This document shows, one piece after another, positions 44,657 to 53,816 of a stretch of DNA of 64,000 bases. A program made the position numbers and the translations under genes. Under the pieces are notes generated by a model. It searched no databases, had not been told where the DNA came from, and was given only the letters and a program-made list of their open reading frames with translations. Position 1 is the stretch's first letter; every line of letters starts with the position of its first letter. The stretch is from a virus. Location: the IMG/VR virus record IMGVR_UViG_3300029337_000249. One strand, written 5' to 3'.

Positions 44657-47600
44657 ATGTCGGAATATATCGGAAACCGAATCGTCCCTCGCCATGATGG
44701 TGTCTGGGACAAAGCAAAAGAGTATGAGCCTCTTACGATTGTGTATGAGGAATCCACAGGCGACAGCTATATGAGCCGGAAACCTGTGCCGGCCGGAACG
44801 CTTTTGTCCCAGGAGGAATACTGGGCGATGTGTTCCCGGTTCTCGGAGCAGATGGCTCTGTACCGTCAGAATACGGCAGAAGAAGTGGAGCAGTTCCGCA
44901 AGGATACTGCGGCAGATGTAGAGCAGCTTCGTACAGATACTGCATCAGATGTGGCAGCCCTGCGCAAGATGACCGCACAGGATGTAGCGGATATCACCCA
45001 GAAGGTCGATGCAGCGAACAGTGCAGTTGCAGCCAGTAAGTCCGAGATGGATAAGACTACAGAAACACTGAAAGCCCAGATCAATGCCAATGTCAAGGCA
45101 TCTACGGACAAAAATGCCAACTATGCACAGGAGCTGGTAGATGCCCGTGTGGATGATGAGGGGAAGACTTATCCCACAGCCGGTGATAATATCCGTGCAG
45201 TCGGCAGGGTGCGTTCCATGCAGAATATCATGAAGAACTGGGTGATCAAAAATGGTTACGCAAACCAGAACGGCAACCTTGTAGCTTCGGAAAGCTGGCG
45301 CGTGGCGCACATGGTCCCGGTCAGCGGTGATGCGATTCTGGTGGACGGTCAGTTCGGCTATATGAGCGGCCGGGATGACTATAACAACGTGGTCTGCTAT
45401 GACATGGACCGTAAGTTCCTCGGTGGCTGTTTCCGGGCAGAGAGCGGCAAGGTCTATGACAACTATGTGATCACGCTGCTTCCGAATACCCGTTTCATCT
45501 CTGTCACCACCAATGAAAAGCTGTTCTCGAAGCTCTCGGTGTACCTCTATGACAACATGCTCCCGATGAGATTGCTGTCAAATTACGCAACAGGCTGGCA
45601 GTGGATGAACGGCAGCGTGGATATCAGGTTCACGGGCAGCAAGGTGACAGTCACATTCCCGGAGGGAAAGAGTGTATATGTCTGCCGCCGTACAAATGGT
45701 ACACAGTACGAGCAGACGAAACTGGTGGCGGAAAACAGTACCTCGTTTGACTTTGCAGTAGTGGGAAAATGGTGGGCGATCTACTATGATGGTGCGGAAG
45801 CATCCGCAAACGAGACGGGAGAAAAGACAGAAGTCCCTGTCATTAAGGTGGAAAATACAAGCGGCGATAGCTGGGGCGATCTATTCACAAAGGGCCGCTT
45901 TGTGTTTGCGGTCTTTTTTGACTGGAATGTGGTGTACGCAGCTCCTTCGAGTAGCGGTACAGTCATCAACGGGATCGATTATGGCAATCCAGCCAAGATT
46001 GCGAATACTGCGATGACCTGGCACAAGTACCGTTCAGCAAAGATGTTCCTCGCTACAGGCCAGTTTGCGATCGATACGGTCAACCGCACCATTCAGGTCA
46101 CGAAACGTATCCTGGCGGTTGTCGATAACGGTGCTTACTACTGGATCAGTGCTAGTGGGGAGCCGGTACCGATGTTGGATAGTACGGAAGCAGAAAAGCA
46201 TCACATGCTGATCCTTGCCTATGACTCGTCCATAGATCAGATCAATCTTTACAACACTGCACAGTTCCGGGCATTGGGAGTAAACGGCTACTATATCGCT
46301 GCATGGTATGAAAACCATTTCTGGTATCCGCACATGGGTTCTTCTTTCAGCGTTGTGCTGGATGGCACAGCTTATAAGGCTGGTGAGCTTTTCGATGAAG
46401 AACGGCGTGATTCCTATATCGAAAAGAAGTATGAGGACCGCTTCCAGCAGCTCCGCACGGATCTTGCCGGTAAGGATTCCCGCCATATGTATCTGGCAAG
46501 CGGCGGTATTACCATTGACCAGGATGGCGGTACGATCCAGGTCAGTACCAAGTGTCTGGGTGTTCCGGATACGTTCCACTATGAGTGGATCATGGCAGGC
46601 GATCCGGTAGAGATGGCATTTAACACACCCAGCTCGACATTTGGTATGCCGATGCGCATCCTCGCTTATGATGCCGGTACGAAAACCATCAATCTGTACG
46701 ACACCAGCCTGTTCCGAAAGTTGGGTACGAATGGTTTCTATATTGCATCCTGGTATCAGAGCAAGCTGTATAATCCGCACATTCACCCGGATGTGAAGTT
46801 CATTGTGGGCGGTAAGGAATACAAAGCGGGTGATCTCTTCGCAGATAACGCGGCATCTTTCATCCCGAAGCGTATCACGGATTATGTGCAGAAAGCCATT
46901 ACTCCGGCTGTAGAGGATGACATCGTGACCCCGTCCCACTGGGACTGCATGGAGGGACGCCAGCTTTCCATCTTCTTTGACTGTCTTTCCCGCCACGATG
47001 GCAAGGAAAATCTGTATGTGCTCGCCAGAGGCACGAATGCACCGAGCCTGACCCGGAACGAGTACTGCATGAACTACACGCCAACGAAGGACAGTACGGA
47101 TTTTGCACTGACCGTCCGCCGTCTGGATGAAGATGACTGCCATACGGTATCGTCCAAACCTGTCCAGGTCAGGGTCCACCATAAGCTGAAGGACAAGCTC
47201 ACGAAGAATATCTGCATCTGTGGAGACTCTCTCGTGGACAATGGTTCTGTGGCAACGGAAGTGTACCGTCTGCTGGCAGAGGATAATGACTGCGTGATCC
47301 ACCAGCTGGGAACGAGAGGACCGTCTGGCGGCAAGCACGAAGGACGCGGCAGCTGGACCTTTGCCCGGTATCTGGCAGACACGGATTACGCCGGCAAAAC
47401 GAATGCGTTCTGGGACAAGATCAAAGGCCGTCTGGATTTCCAGAAATACTGCGAGACCAACGGCTATGAGGGCATCGATTACTTCCTGATCGCACTTGGC
47501 ACCAATGATGTGTCACAGGGCACTACACTGTACCGCACGGAAGCAGAGGTGCAGAAGTTCGTGGATCAGGCGAAGCAGTTCATCGATGCGCTGCTGGATA

Positions 47601-47962
47601 AGGAAACGGGCTTCCCGAATTGCAAGATCGGTATCGGCCTTTGCGGACCCGGCTCGGATTATTCTTATCAGTGCGGTTCCAGCATGGGTATCTTCCATAT
47701 GAGCATCAACACGCTGAACCTTGCACTGATCAAGGCATTTGATGCTGGCAAGTACCGCAAAAACGTGACCTGTTTTGCCCACGGTCTTCGCACGGACCGC
47801 CGTCTGGCATTTCCGTATTCGGACAAGCCGGTGACAAATCGGTTCACGGAAACCAGCCGGACGCTGACTAACAGTATCCATCCTTCCGCAAGGGGCTATC
47901 AAGCATGGGCAGACGGATATTACTGCCAGATCCGTGCGTGGCTGACGGAGGACAGTAAGTAA
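44657..47962 (+). CDS. tail fibre/receptor-binding protein 1 with C-terminal SGNH (GDSL) hydrolase domain
   Basis: N-terminal anchor MSEYIGNRIVPRHDGVWDK shared with fibre 2; coiled-coil DTAxDVxxLR repeats; C-terminal ICICGDSLVDNG ... LGTND blocks. Confidence 0.75.
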   Translation: MSEYIGNRIVPRHDGVWDKAKEYEPLTIVYEESTGDSYMSRKPVPAGTLLSQEEYWAMCSRFSEQMALYRQNTAEEVEQFRKDTAADVEQLRTDTASDVAALRKMTAQDVADITQKVDAANSAVAASKSEMDKTTETLKAQINANVKASTDKNANYAQELVDARVDDEGKTYPTAGDNIRAVGRVRSMQNIMKNWVIKNGYANQNGNLVASESWRVAHMVPVSGDAILVDGQFGYMSGRDDYNNVVCYDMDRKFLGGCFRAESGKVYDNYVITLLPNTRFISVTTNEKLFSKLSVYLYDNMLPMRLLSNYATGWQWMNGSVDIRFTGSKVTVTFPEGKSVYVCRRTNGTQYEQTKLVAENSTSFDFAVVGKWWAIYYDGAEASANETGEKTEVPVIKVENTSGDSWGDLFTKGRFVFAVFFDWNVVYAAPSSSGTVINGIDYGNPAKIANTAMTWHKYRSAKMFLATGQFAIDTVNRTIQVTKRILAVVDNGAYYWISASGEPVPMLDSTEAEKHHMLILAYDSSIDQINLYNTAQFRALGVNGYYIAAWYENHFWYPHMGSSFSVVLDGTAYKAGELFDEERRDSYIEKKYEDRFQQLRTDLAGKDSRHMYLASGGITIDQDGGTIQVSTKCLGVPDTFHYEWIMAGDPVEMAFNTPSSTFGMPMRILAYDAGTKTINLYDTSLFRKLGTNGFYIASWYQSKLYNPHIHPDVKFIVGGKEYKAGDLFADNAASFIPKRITDYVQKAITPAVEDDIVTPSHWDCMEGRQLSIFFDCLSRHDGKENLYVLARGTNAPSLTRNEYCMNYTPTKDSTDFALTVRRLDEDDCHTVSSKPVQVRVHHKLKDKLTKNICICGDSLVDNGSVATEVYRLLAEDNDCVIHQLGTRGPSGGKHEGRGSWTFARYLADTDYAGKTNAFWDKIKGRLDFQKYCETNGYEGIDYFLIALGTNDVSQGTTLYRTEAEVQKFVDQAKQFIDALLDKETGFPNCKIGIGLCGPGSDYSYQCGSSMGIFHMSINTLNLALIKAFDAGKYRKNVTCFAHGLRTDRRLAFPYSDKPVTNRFTETSRTLTNSIHPSARGYQAWADGYYCQIRAWLTEDSK

Positions 47963-48013
47963 AACGGCGTTATGTCGGGAAAGGAAACAATATGATGACT
48001 CGTCAGAAAATTC

Positions 48014-48026
48014 GGGGGGGGGGGGG
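48014..48026. repeat. homopolymeric G13 tract in the fibre1-fibre2 intergenic region
   Basis: Thirteen consecutive G residues 101 nt upstream of fibre 2 start codon. Confidence 0.8.
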
Positions 48027-48126
48027 TACTATGTAACCCTTGATTTCCCCAAGACAGGACCTCCCAATCTGCTGGATAAACCGATAGTAGTTGTAGCCGG
48101 AATTGTCTGGCAGAAGGGAGAATCCT

Positions 48127-50409
48127 ATGTCTAAATTTATTGGAAGAAGAATTGTTCCGAAACACGATGGTGTATGGGATATCAATAAGGAATATGAAGA
48201 ACTCAGTATCGTTCTGGATAAGGCGTCCGGTGAGAGCTATATCAGCAGAAAGCCTGTGCCGGTCGGTACTGCAATCTCGGATGAAAGTTACTGGATGCAA
48301 TACAGCCTTTACAGTGCACAGATCGCAGAGGCTGTCAAGGAAATGGAAGATACAGAAGCACGTCTCACCCAGTATGTAGATACCGCAGAATCCAACATGA
48401 ACAGTCGGGTGAATTCTGCTGAAAGCCTTACTAATAGCAACAAGGCAGAGTTGAATAGCCGTATGGATACGTTGGACAAGCGACTGGATGCTAATGTGTC
48501 TGCTTCGACTGACAAGGATAAGGACTATGCAGCAGAAGTTGTGGATGCAAGAGTAGATGATGAGGGAACGAAATACGGTTCTGTCGGTTCCCATATTCGA
48601 GCAATTGGAAGTGGCAAGGGTATTTTGAAAGGTGCAGTAAATGGAAGCCGCCTGTCGTTCTTGGACATTACTCCAGAACTGGTTTGGACTGCAGATAAGT
48701 ATATTTCGAGAAAATATGGTGGGCTAGATAATTTCTCTCAGGGCTCAAATGTCTATTTTGCCACGTTGGATTATATTCCATTTCCATATGGAGGCTGCTG
48801 GCTTCAGGTATATTCTGCCATGTCCACAGTTGAAAGCGATAAATCGGGTATTGCATTTTATGATGCAAATAAGAAATTTATCAGCGGAAGCGATTACAAT
48901 CGGGAAACTAAGAAACTGGCATTTCGCAGAATTCTCTGTCCAGATGGAACTGCTTATATGCGCATGACCTGTATGGGGCAGGACAATCTCGATGGCGTGG
49001 GTATCTGGTTGGATGATTATAGAATCTCAGTGGGGCATCTGGTGGATCGTGCGGTAACACATGAAAAACTGGCAGAAAAAAGTGTTGAAACGGATAATCT
49101 TGCGGATGAAGCGATAACATCAGAGAAACTGTGTGACAACGCTGTGCAGGTAAAAAATGCTGCCTTTTTGGAAATCCCGCTGGAAATTGTTTTGACACCG
49201 GATTTGTATATTGCGCGTGCAAAGGGTGATTTGCGGACTTATACACCGGGAACAAACACCTATTTTGCAACAGAGGACTATCTGCCGTTCCCATATGGTG
49301 GAAGTAAATGCCTTTTACGCGCAAGTATGAGTACAGCTTCCAATGATGTTTCAGGTCTTGCTTTTTATGATCAGGACAAAAAGTATATTTCAGGATTGAA
49401 GTACAATCAGGAAAAGAGTGGTATTTTAAGCTACACGGATTTTATCTGCCCCAAGGGTACTGCGTATATCCGCCTGACCATGTATAAAGAAAATTTGAAA
49501 GATTTTGCTAAGATTTGGTTTATGGATACGGTTGTATCTACCGGAAAGGTACAGGATGCTGCGATTACTACGCAGAAAATTGCTGATGAAGCAATCACAA
49601 AAGACAAATTGGAAAAAGATATCCAAAAAAGACTGACAGCAGAGATCAATGATCTGTTAGGTTTGAATCTCTCAGATAATCCCCTGGAACGGATTCGAAA
49701 TGATGCTGGTTTAATGACCGTATTTCGTCATGTGGGCTGCATTGGTGACAGCCTTGCAAGCGGAGAAGCAGTATACAAAAAAGTCGATGGCACCACAGGA
49801 GGGAAGGATCTGTTTGAATATTCCTGGGGACAGTATCTTGCTAGAATGACCGGGAATACCTATTACAACTGGTCTAAGGGTGGACTGCGTTGTGATACGT
49901 TCCTTTCCAGTTCGCTTGCAACGGAGTGCTTTGATGGAAATCATAAGTGCGAGGCCTATATTATCGGTCTTGGACAGAATGAAAACAATCGAAAGTACAA
50001 GATTGGTACGGTGGAAGATATCAATCTCGGCGATTACACAAAGAATCCAGACACCTATTATGGCAATTACGGAAAGATCATTCAGAAGATTCAGGAAATG
50101 CAGCCGAAAGCTAAAATTTTTATCCTGACTGACCCGTTAAAATCTGTAGAAAATGCTGGCTACAATTCAGCAGTTCGGGAGATTGCAGGAATATTTAAGA
50201 ACGTCTATCTGGTTGATTTGTATACCTATGGAACAGCTTTGTATAATTCCGGCTTTCTCTATCAGCAGAAACGTGGCGGTCATTACAATGCAGTCGGGTA
50301 CTTTATCTGTGCCATGATTATTTCTACCTATATTGATTGGATCATGAAGAAGAATCCGAATGAGTTCCGTGAGATTGAGTTTATTGGATTGGACAATAAA
50401 TTCTATTAA
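48127..50409 (+). CDS. tail fibre/receptor-binding protein 2 with C-terminal SGNH (GDSL) hydrolase domain
   Basis: N-terminal MSKFIGRRIVPKHDGVWDI paralogous to fibre 1; C-terminal GCIGDSLASG and IIGLGQNE blocks; AGGGAG RBS. Confidence 0.75.
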   Translation: MSKFIGRRIVPKHDGVWDINKEYEELSIVLDKASGESYISRKPVPVGTAISDESYWMQYSLYSAQIAEAVKEMEDTEARLTQYVDTAESNMNSRVNSAESLTNSNKAELNSRMDTLDKRLDANVSASTDKDKDYAAEVVDARVDDEGTKYGSVGSHIRAIGSGKGILKGAVNGSRLSFLDITPELVWTADKYISRKYGGLDNFSQGSNVYFATLDYIPFPYGGCWLQVYSAMSTVESDKSGIAFYDANKKFISGSDYNRETKKLAFRRILCPDGTAYMRMTCMGQDNLDGVGIWLDDYRISVGHLVDRAVTHEKLAEKSVETDNLADEAITSEKLCDNAVQVKNAAFLEIPLEIVLTPDLYIARAKGDLRTYTPGTNTYFATEDYLPFPYGGSKCLLRASMSTASNDVSGLAFYDQDKKYISGLKYNQEKSGILSYTDFICPKGTAYIRLTMYKENLKDFAKIWFMDTVVSTGKVQDAAITTQKIADEAITKDKLEKDIQKRLTAEINDLLGLNLSDNPLERIRNDAGLMTVFRHVGCIGDSLASGEAVYKKVDGTTGGKDLFEYSWGQYLARMTGNTYYNWSKGGLRCDTFLSSSLATECFDGNHKCEAYIIGLGQNENNRKYKIGTVEDINLGDYTKNPDTYYGNYGKIIQKIQEMQPKAKIFILTDPLKSVENAGYNSAVREIAGIFKNVYLVDLYTYGTALYNSGFLYQQKRGGHYNAVGYFICAMIISTYIDWIMKKNPNEFREIEFIGLDNKFY

Positions 50410-50538
50410 ATTTCCACCGTCCCTGACAGACATACCTCCAAAATGTCTGTGAAACGGTGTTCATTATAGAAGGAGTATACACAAGGCGGCATTGACCGTC
50501 TATTTTTATGCCCGGATTGGGCAGGAAAGGACAAGATT

Positions 50539-50952
50539 ATGCAGAATGTGATCGACAAGATTGAATGGATGTTCGCAGGTCTGGGTGGTTTTCTGGGCTG
50601 GTTCTTCGGTGGGTTTGACGGCTTCCTGTATGCACTTGTAGTGTTCGTGGTCTGTGACTACTTCACCGGGGTGCTTGCGGCAGCAATCAAGCATGAGCTT
50701 TCTTCTGAAGTTGGCTTTAAGGGCATCGCCAAGAAGGTGTGCATCTTTGTGCTTGTTGGGATTGCCAACATCATTGACACACAGATCCTCCAGAATGGAG
50801 CTGCCATCCGTACAGCGGTGGTGTTTTTCTATCTGGCGAATGAAGGTCTGAGCTGCCTCGAAAACGCAGCCGTTATCGGTCTTCCGGTGCCGGAGAAGCT
50901 CAAGGAGATGCTGGCACAGCTGAAGGAAGAAAGAGCGAATAAGGACGAGTAA
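50539..50952 (+). CDS. holin (phage_holin_4-like, 3 TM)
   Basis: Small protein with TM helices (FLGWFFGGFDGFLYALVVFVVCDYF...) and charged C-terminus, upstream of lysis genes. Confidence 0.85.
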   Translation: MQNVIDKIEWMFAGLGGFLGWFFGGFDGFLYALVVFVVCDYFTGVLAAAIKHELSSEVGFKGIAKKVCIFVLVGIANIIDTQILQNGAAIRTAVVFFYLANEGLSCLENAAVIGLPVPEKLKEMLAQLKEERANKDE

Positions 50953-51005
50953 TCAATGGGGAGAGGTGTAACAGCCTCTCCCTCAAATTTTAGGAGGAAT
51001 GAACC

Positions 51006-51734
51006 ATGAGTAAGAAAGAGTATCCCGCAAAACTGACGACCGGTTATTACCGTGTGCGAGAAGTCTGGGAAGATGAGGCATCCCAGTTTGGCGCGTACCG
51101 TCTGCTGGCGAATGCAAAAGCTAAGTGCGATGAGAACCCCGGCAGCCGAGTGTTCGACAATGACGGCAACGTGATCTATCCGGAAGAGGCTGTCCCGGAT
51201 ACCGGCGCAGATGAGAGTGAGGAGAAAGCAGTCGTGGACGATATCCCGGAAGATAAGCCGGAAACCACAACCCCTGTGGAAGATACCCCGGAGGAAAAGG
51301 AAGCAGAGGATGAAGTTGATAAGAATGAGGAGTCCGCTGTGGATGAGAATGAGTTCCCGACTGCGGAGGAGCTTCCGGCGACCATTGCCTACGGCAAGCT
51401 CAAGACCCTCATGAACATCCGCAAAAAGCCGAGTCTGGATGCAGAGGTCGTAGCGGTCTACAAGAAGAATGCCCTTGTGGAAGTCGTGCAGTTCTGTGAT
51501 GGCTGGCTGAAGATCAAATGTGCCGAAGCAGAGGCCGGTGTCGCATATGTCCTGAACAGTGCGGACACCTATGCATTCACAGCTGGCAGGATCTATACCG
51601 TTGTTCCCGGTGATAATCTCTGGAAGATCGCGGAAAAGGAGCTGGGGAGCGGCAGCCGCTGTGCAGACATCCGTGTGCTGAATGGCCTGACTTCCAATGC
51701 CATCCGGGTCGGCATGAAACTGCTGATCCCTTAA
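51006..51734 (+). CDS. cell-wall-binding protein: N-terminal domain shared with endolysin C-terminus, acidic linker, SH3-like and C-terminal LysM
   Basis: YYRVREVWEDEASQFGAYRLLANAKAKCDENPG parallels YRVRKSWQNAASQKGAFHDLTYAKQCADKNPG of endolysin; C-terminal YTVVPGDNLWKIAEK...GMKLLIP LysM. Confidence 0.7.
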   Translation: MSKKEYPAKLTTGYYRVREVWEDEASQFGAYRLLANAKAKCDENPGSRVFDNDGNVIYPEEAVPDTGADESEEKAVVDDIPEDKPETTTPVEDTPEEKEAEDEVDKNEESAVDENEFPTAEELPATIAYGKLKTLMNIRKKPSLDAEVVAVYKKNALVEVVQFCDGWLKIKCAEAEAGVAYVLNSADTYAFTAGRIYTVVPGDNLWKIAEKELGSGSRCADIRVLNGLTSNAIRVGMKLLIP

Positions 51735-51813
51735 ACGGCGCATTTCGACACATTTTTAGGACTTCAATTTCCTGATGCCGAAAGGTATACTTGGGAAAAG
51801 GAGAGTGTTGTAA

Positions 51814-52116
51814 ATGAATGAAAAGTTCATGGCAGAAGATGTGTTAAGACCGTATGGCATTACGCTGTACTATAAGGGATGTGAGTATCTGAGGGATGCG
51901 ATCGTCCTGCATTGGCATCGGCCGGATCTGAAACCGTGTCAGCTCTTACAGCTTGTTGCAGATCAGAAGGGGGTTAAGAAGAGCGGTGTCCTCAGTGCCA
52001 TTTCCACGATTTCTAATGTGGCGTGGGAAGTGAATGGGATAGGCGCTGAAAAGCCGATGTCAACCATGAAGTTTGTCTGTAGGATACTGGAAGAAGCAGA
52101 CAGGAATAGAGAATAA
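51814..52116 (+). CDS. stand-alone Spo0A C-terminal (DNA-binding) domain protein
   Basis: GITLYYKGCEYLRDAIVL...SAISTISNVAWEV...KFVCRILEEA matches Spo0A_C (GVPxHIKGYxYLREAI...AIEVAW...); AAGGAG RBS; no receiver domain. Confidence 0.7.
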   Translation: MNEKFMAEDVLRPYGITLYYKGCEYLRDAIVLHWHRPDLKPCQLLQLVADQKGVKKSGVLSAISTISNVAWEVNGIGAEKPMSTMKFVCRILEEADRNRE

Positions 52117-52179
52117 CCAATAGACCTAAAGGGGACTCAGAGCAATCTGGGTCTCTTTTCTTTTACGGAGGAAATCATT

Positions 52180-53646
52180 ATGGGATATACCAATAGTCCA
52201 CTCGTTGTTTACACTAAGCTCTCCCCGAACCATTCCGGGCAGAGGACACACAGCATCGACCGTATCACACCGCATTGTGTGGTCGGTCAGCTTTCTGCGG
52301 AAAGCATCTGCGGCTGCTTCACCAGCACGAGCCGTCAGGCAAGCTGCAACTACGGCATCGGCACAGACGGCCGTGTGTCGCTTTGTGTCGAAGAAAAGAA
52401 CCGCAGCTGGTGTTCGTCCAGCAATGCCAATGACCAGAGGGCGGTCACCATCGAATGCGCCAGCGACATGAATGAGCCGTATGCCATGAACAGTGCCGTA
52501 TATGACTCTCTTGTCAAGCTCTGCATTGATATCTGCAAGCGTAACGGGAAGAAGAATCTCCTGTGGCTGGGTGATAAAAATAAGACACTCAACTATGCTC
52601 CGGCGGCAGATGAAATGGTGCTGACCGTTCACCGCTGGTTTGCGAATAAAAGCTGCCCTGGAAACTGGCTGTATGCCCGCCTGGGTGATCTGGCCGCAAG
52701 GGTAACTGCAGCACTGGGCGGTTCATCCTCATCCGGTATGCAGGCTTCTTCGCTGAAAAATCTCTCGGAAGCAGAAGCAGTTGCAAAGATCGGTCCGCTG
52801 TTTACTGCGAACCAGAAAACCACGGGCATCCTTGCCTGCGTGTCGATGGCACAGTTCATTCTGGAATCCGGCTACGGTAAATCTGAGCTGGCACAGAATG
52901 CCAATAACTGCTTCGGTATGAAGACTTCGCTTTCCGGGAACAGCTGGAGCGGCAGCAGTTGGGATGGCAAGTCCGTCTATACTAAGAAAACGCAGGAGCA
53001 GAATACCGATGGCAGCTATGTGACGATCACCGCTGACTTCCGCAAGTACGCTTGTGTGGAAGACTCCATTGCAGACCATGCAGCATATCTGCTCGGTGCG
53101 ATGAACGGCAACAGGAAACGCTACGAGGGTCTGGCAGGTTGTATCGATTACAAGAAAGCGGCACAGATCATCAAGGATGGTGGCTATGCTACCAGCCACA
53201 CCTATGTGCAGAGCCTCTGCAGTATCATCGAGCGTTGGAACCTGACGCAGTACAATGCAGCCTCCGGCGGCAATACCACCATTTCCGGCTGGTACCGTGT
53301 CCGTAAGAGCTGGCAGAATGCCGCTTCCCAGAAAGGTGCGTTCCACGACCTCACCTATGCAAAGCAGTGCGCGGATAAGAATCCTGGCTATTATGTTTTT
53401 GATCCGGCGGGTAAGGCCGTCTACCCGGAACCGAAGTCTTCAGTCCCGTATACTGTGCGTGTGTCCATTAAAGACCTCAACATCCGCAAGGGTCCAGGAA
53501 CAAATTACGGTAAGACCGGTTATTACACCGGGAAAGGCGTGTTTACTATCGTGGCAGAATCTGCCGGTGCTGGTTCTGCGAAGGGCTGGGGCAAGCTGAA
53601 ATCCGGTGCAGGGTGGATCGCACTTGACTTTGCGGCCCGTATCTAA
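52180..53646 (+). CDS. endolysin: N-acetylmuramoyl-L-alanine amidase (Amidase_2) + glucosaminidase domain + C-terminal binding domain
   Basis: Amidase_2/PGRP block (ITPHCVVGQLSAESICGCF...NYGIG), mannosyl-glycoprotein endo-beta-N-acetylglucosaminidase block (ACVSMAQFILESGYGKSELAQNANNCFGMK). Confidence 0.9.
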   Translation: MGYTNSPLVVYTKLSPNHSGQRTHSIDRITPHCVVGQLSAESICGCFTSTSRQASCNYGIGTDGRVSLCVEEKNRSWCSSSNANDQRAVTIECASDMNEPYAMNSAVYDSLVKLCIDICKRNGKKNLLWLGDKNKTLNYAPAADEMVLTVHRWFANKSCPGNWLYARLGDLAARVTAALGGSSSSGMQASSLKNLSEAEAVAKIGPLFTANQKTTGILACVSMAQFILESGYGKSELAQNANNCFGMKTSLSGNSWSGSSWDGKSVYTKKTQEQNTDGSYVTITADFRKYACVEDSIADHAAYLLGAMNGNRKRYEGLAGCIDYKKAAQIIKDGGYATSHTYVQSLCSIIERWNLTQYNAASGGNTTISGWYRVRKSWQNAASQKGAFHDLTYAKQCADKNPGYYVFDPAGKAVYPEPKSSVPYTVRVSIKDLNIRKGPGTNYGKTGYYTGKGVFTIVAESAGAGSAKGWGKLKSGAGWIALDFAARI

Positions 53647-53816
53647 AAACAGTCCCCGTCCTTACCGGGCGGGGCATACATATGGTGCAGATAAGACAAT
53701 AATCCACCAGATTATTCTCCGTCTTTCTGTATCGGAATTACTTGATAATATCACGAAACAGAGGGAATATGTGACTGCCCATAGAGAAGAAAACGGGCAG
53801 GAAAGGAGCGAAAACT

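Noticed and set aside
44621-50409. Diversity-generating retroelement targeting the tail-fibre genes
   Set aside because: No reverse-transcriptase ORF and no template/variable repeat pair were detected. The two fibres are ordinary paralogs.
50426-50450. Hairpin ACAGACAT-N9-ATGTCTGT after fibre 2 as an intrinsic terminator
   Set aside because: It is a perfect 8-bp stem but is not followed by a U-tract. It is more likely an RNA-stabilising stem-loop, and only a weak terminator candidate.
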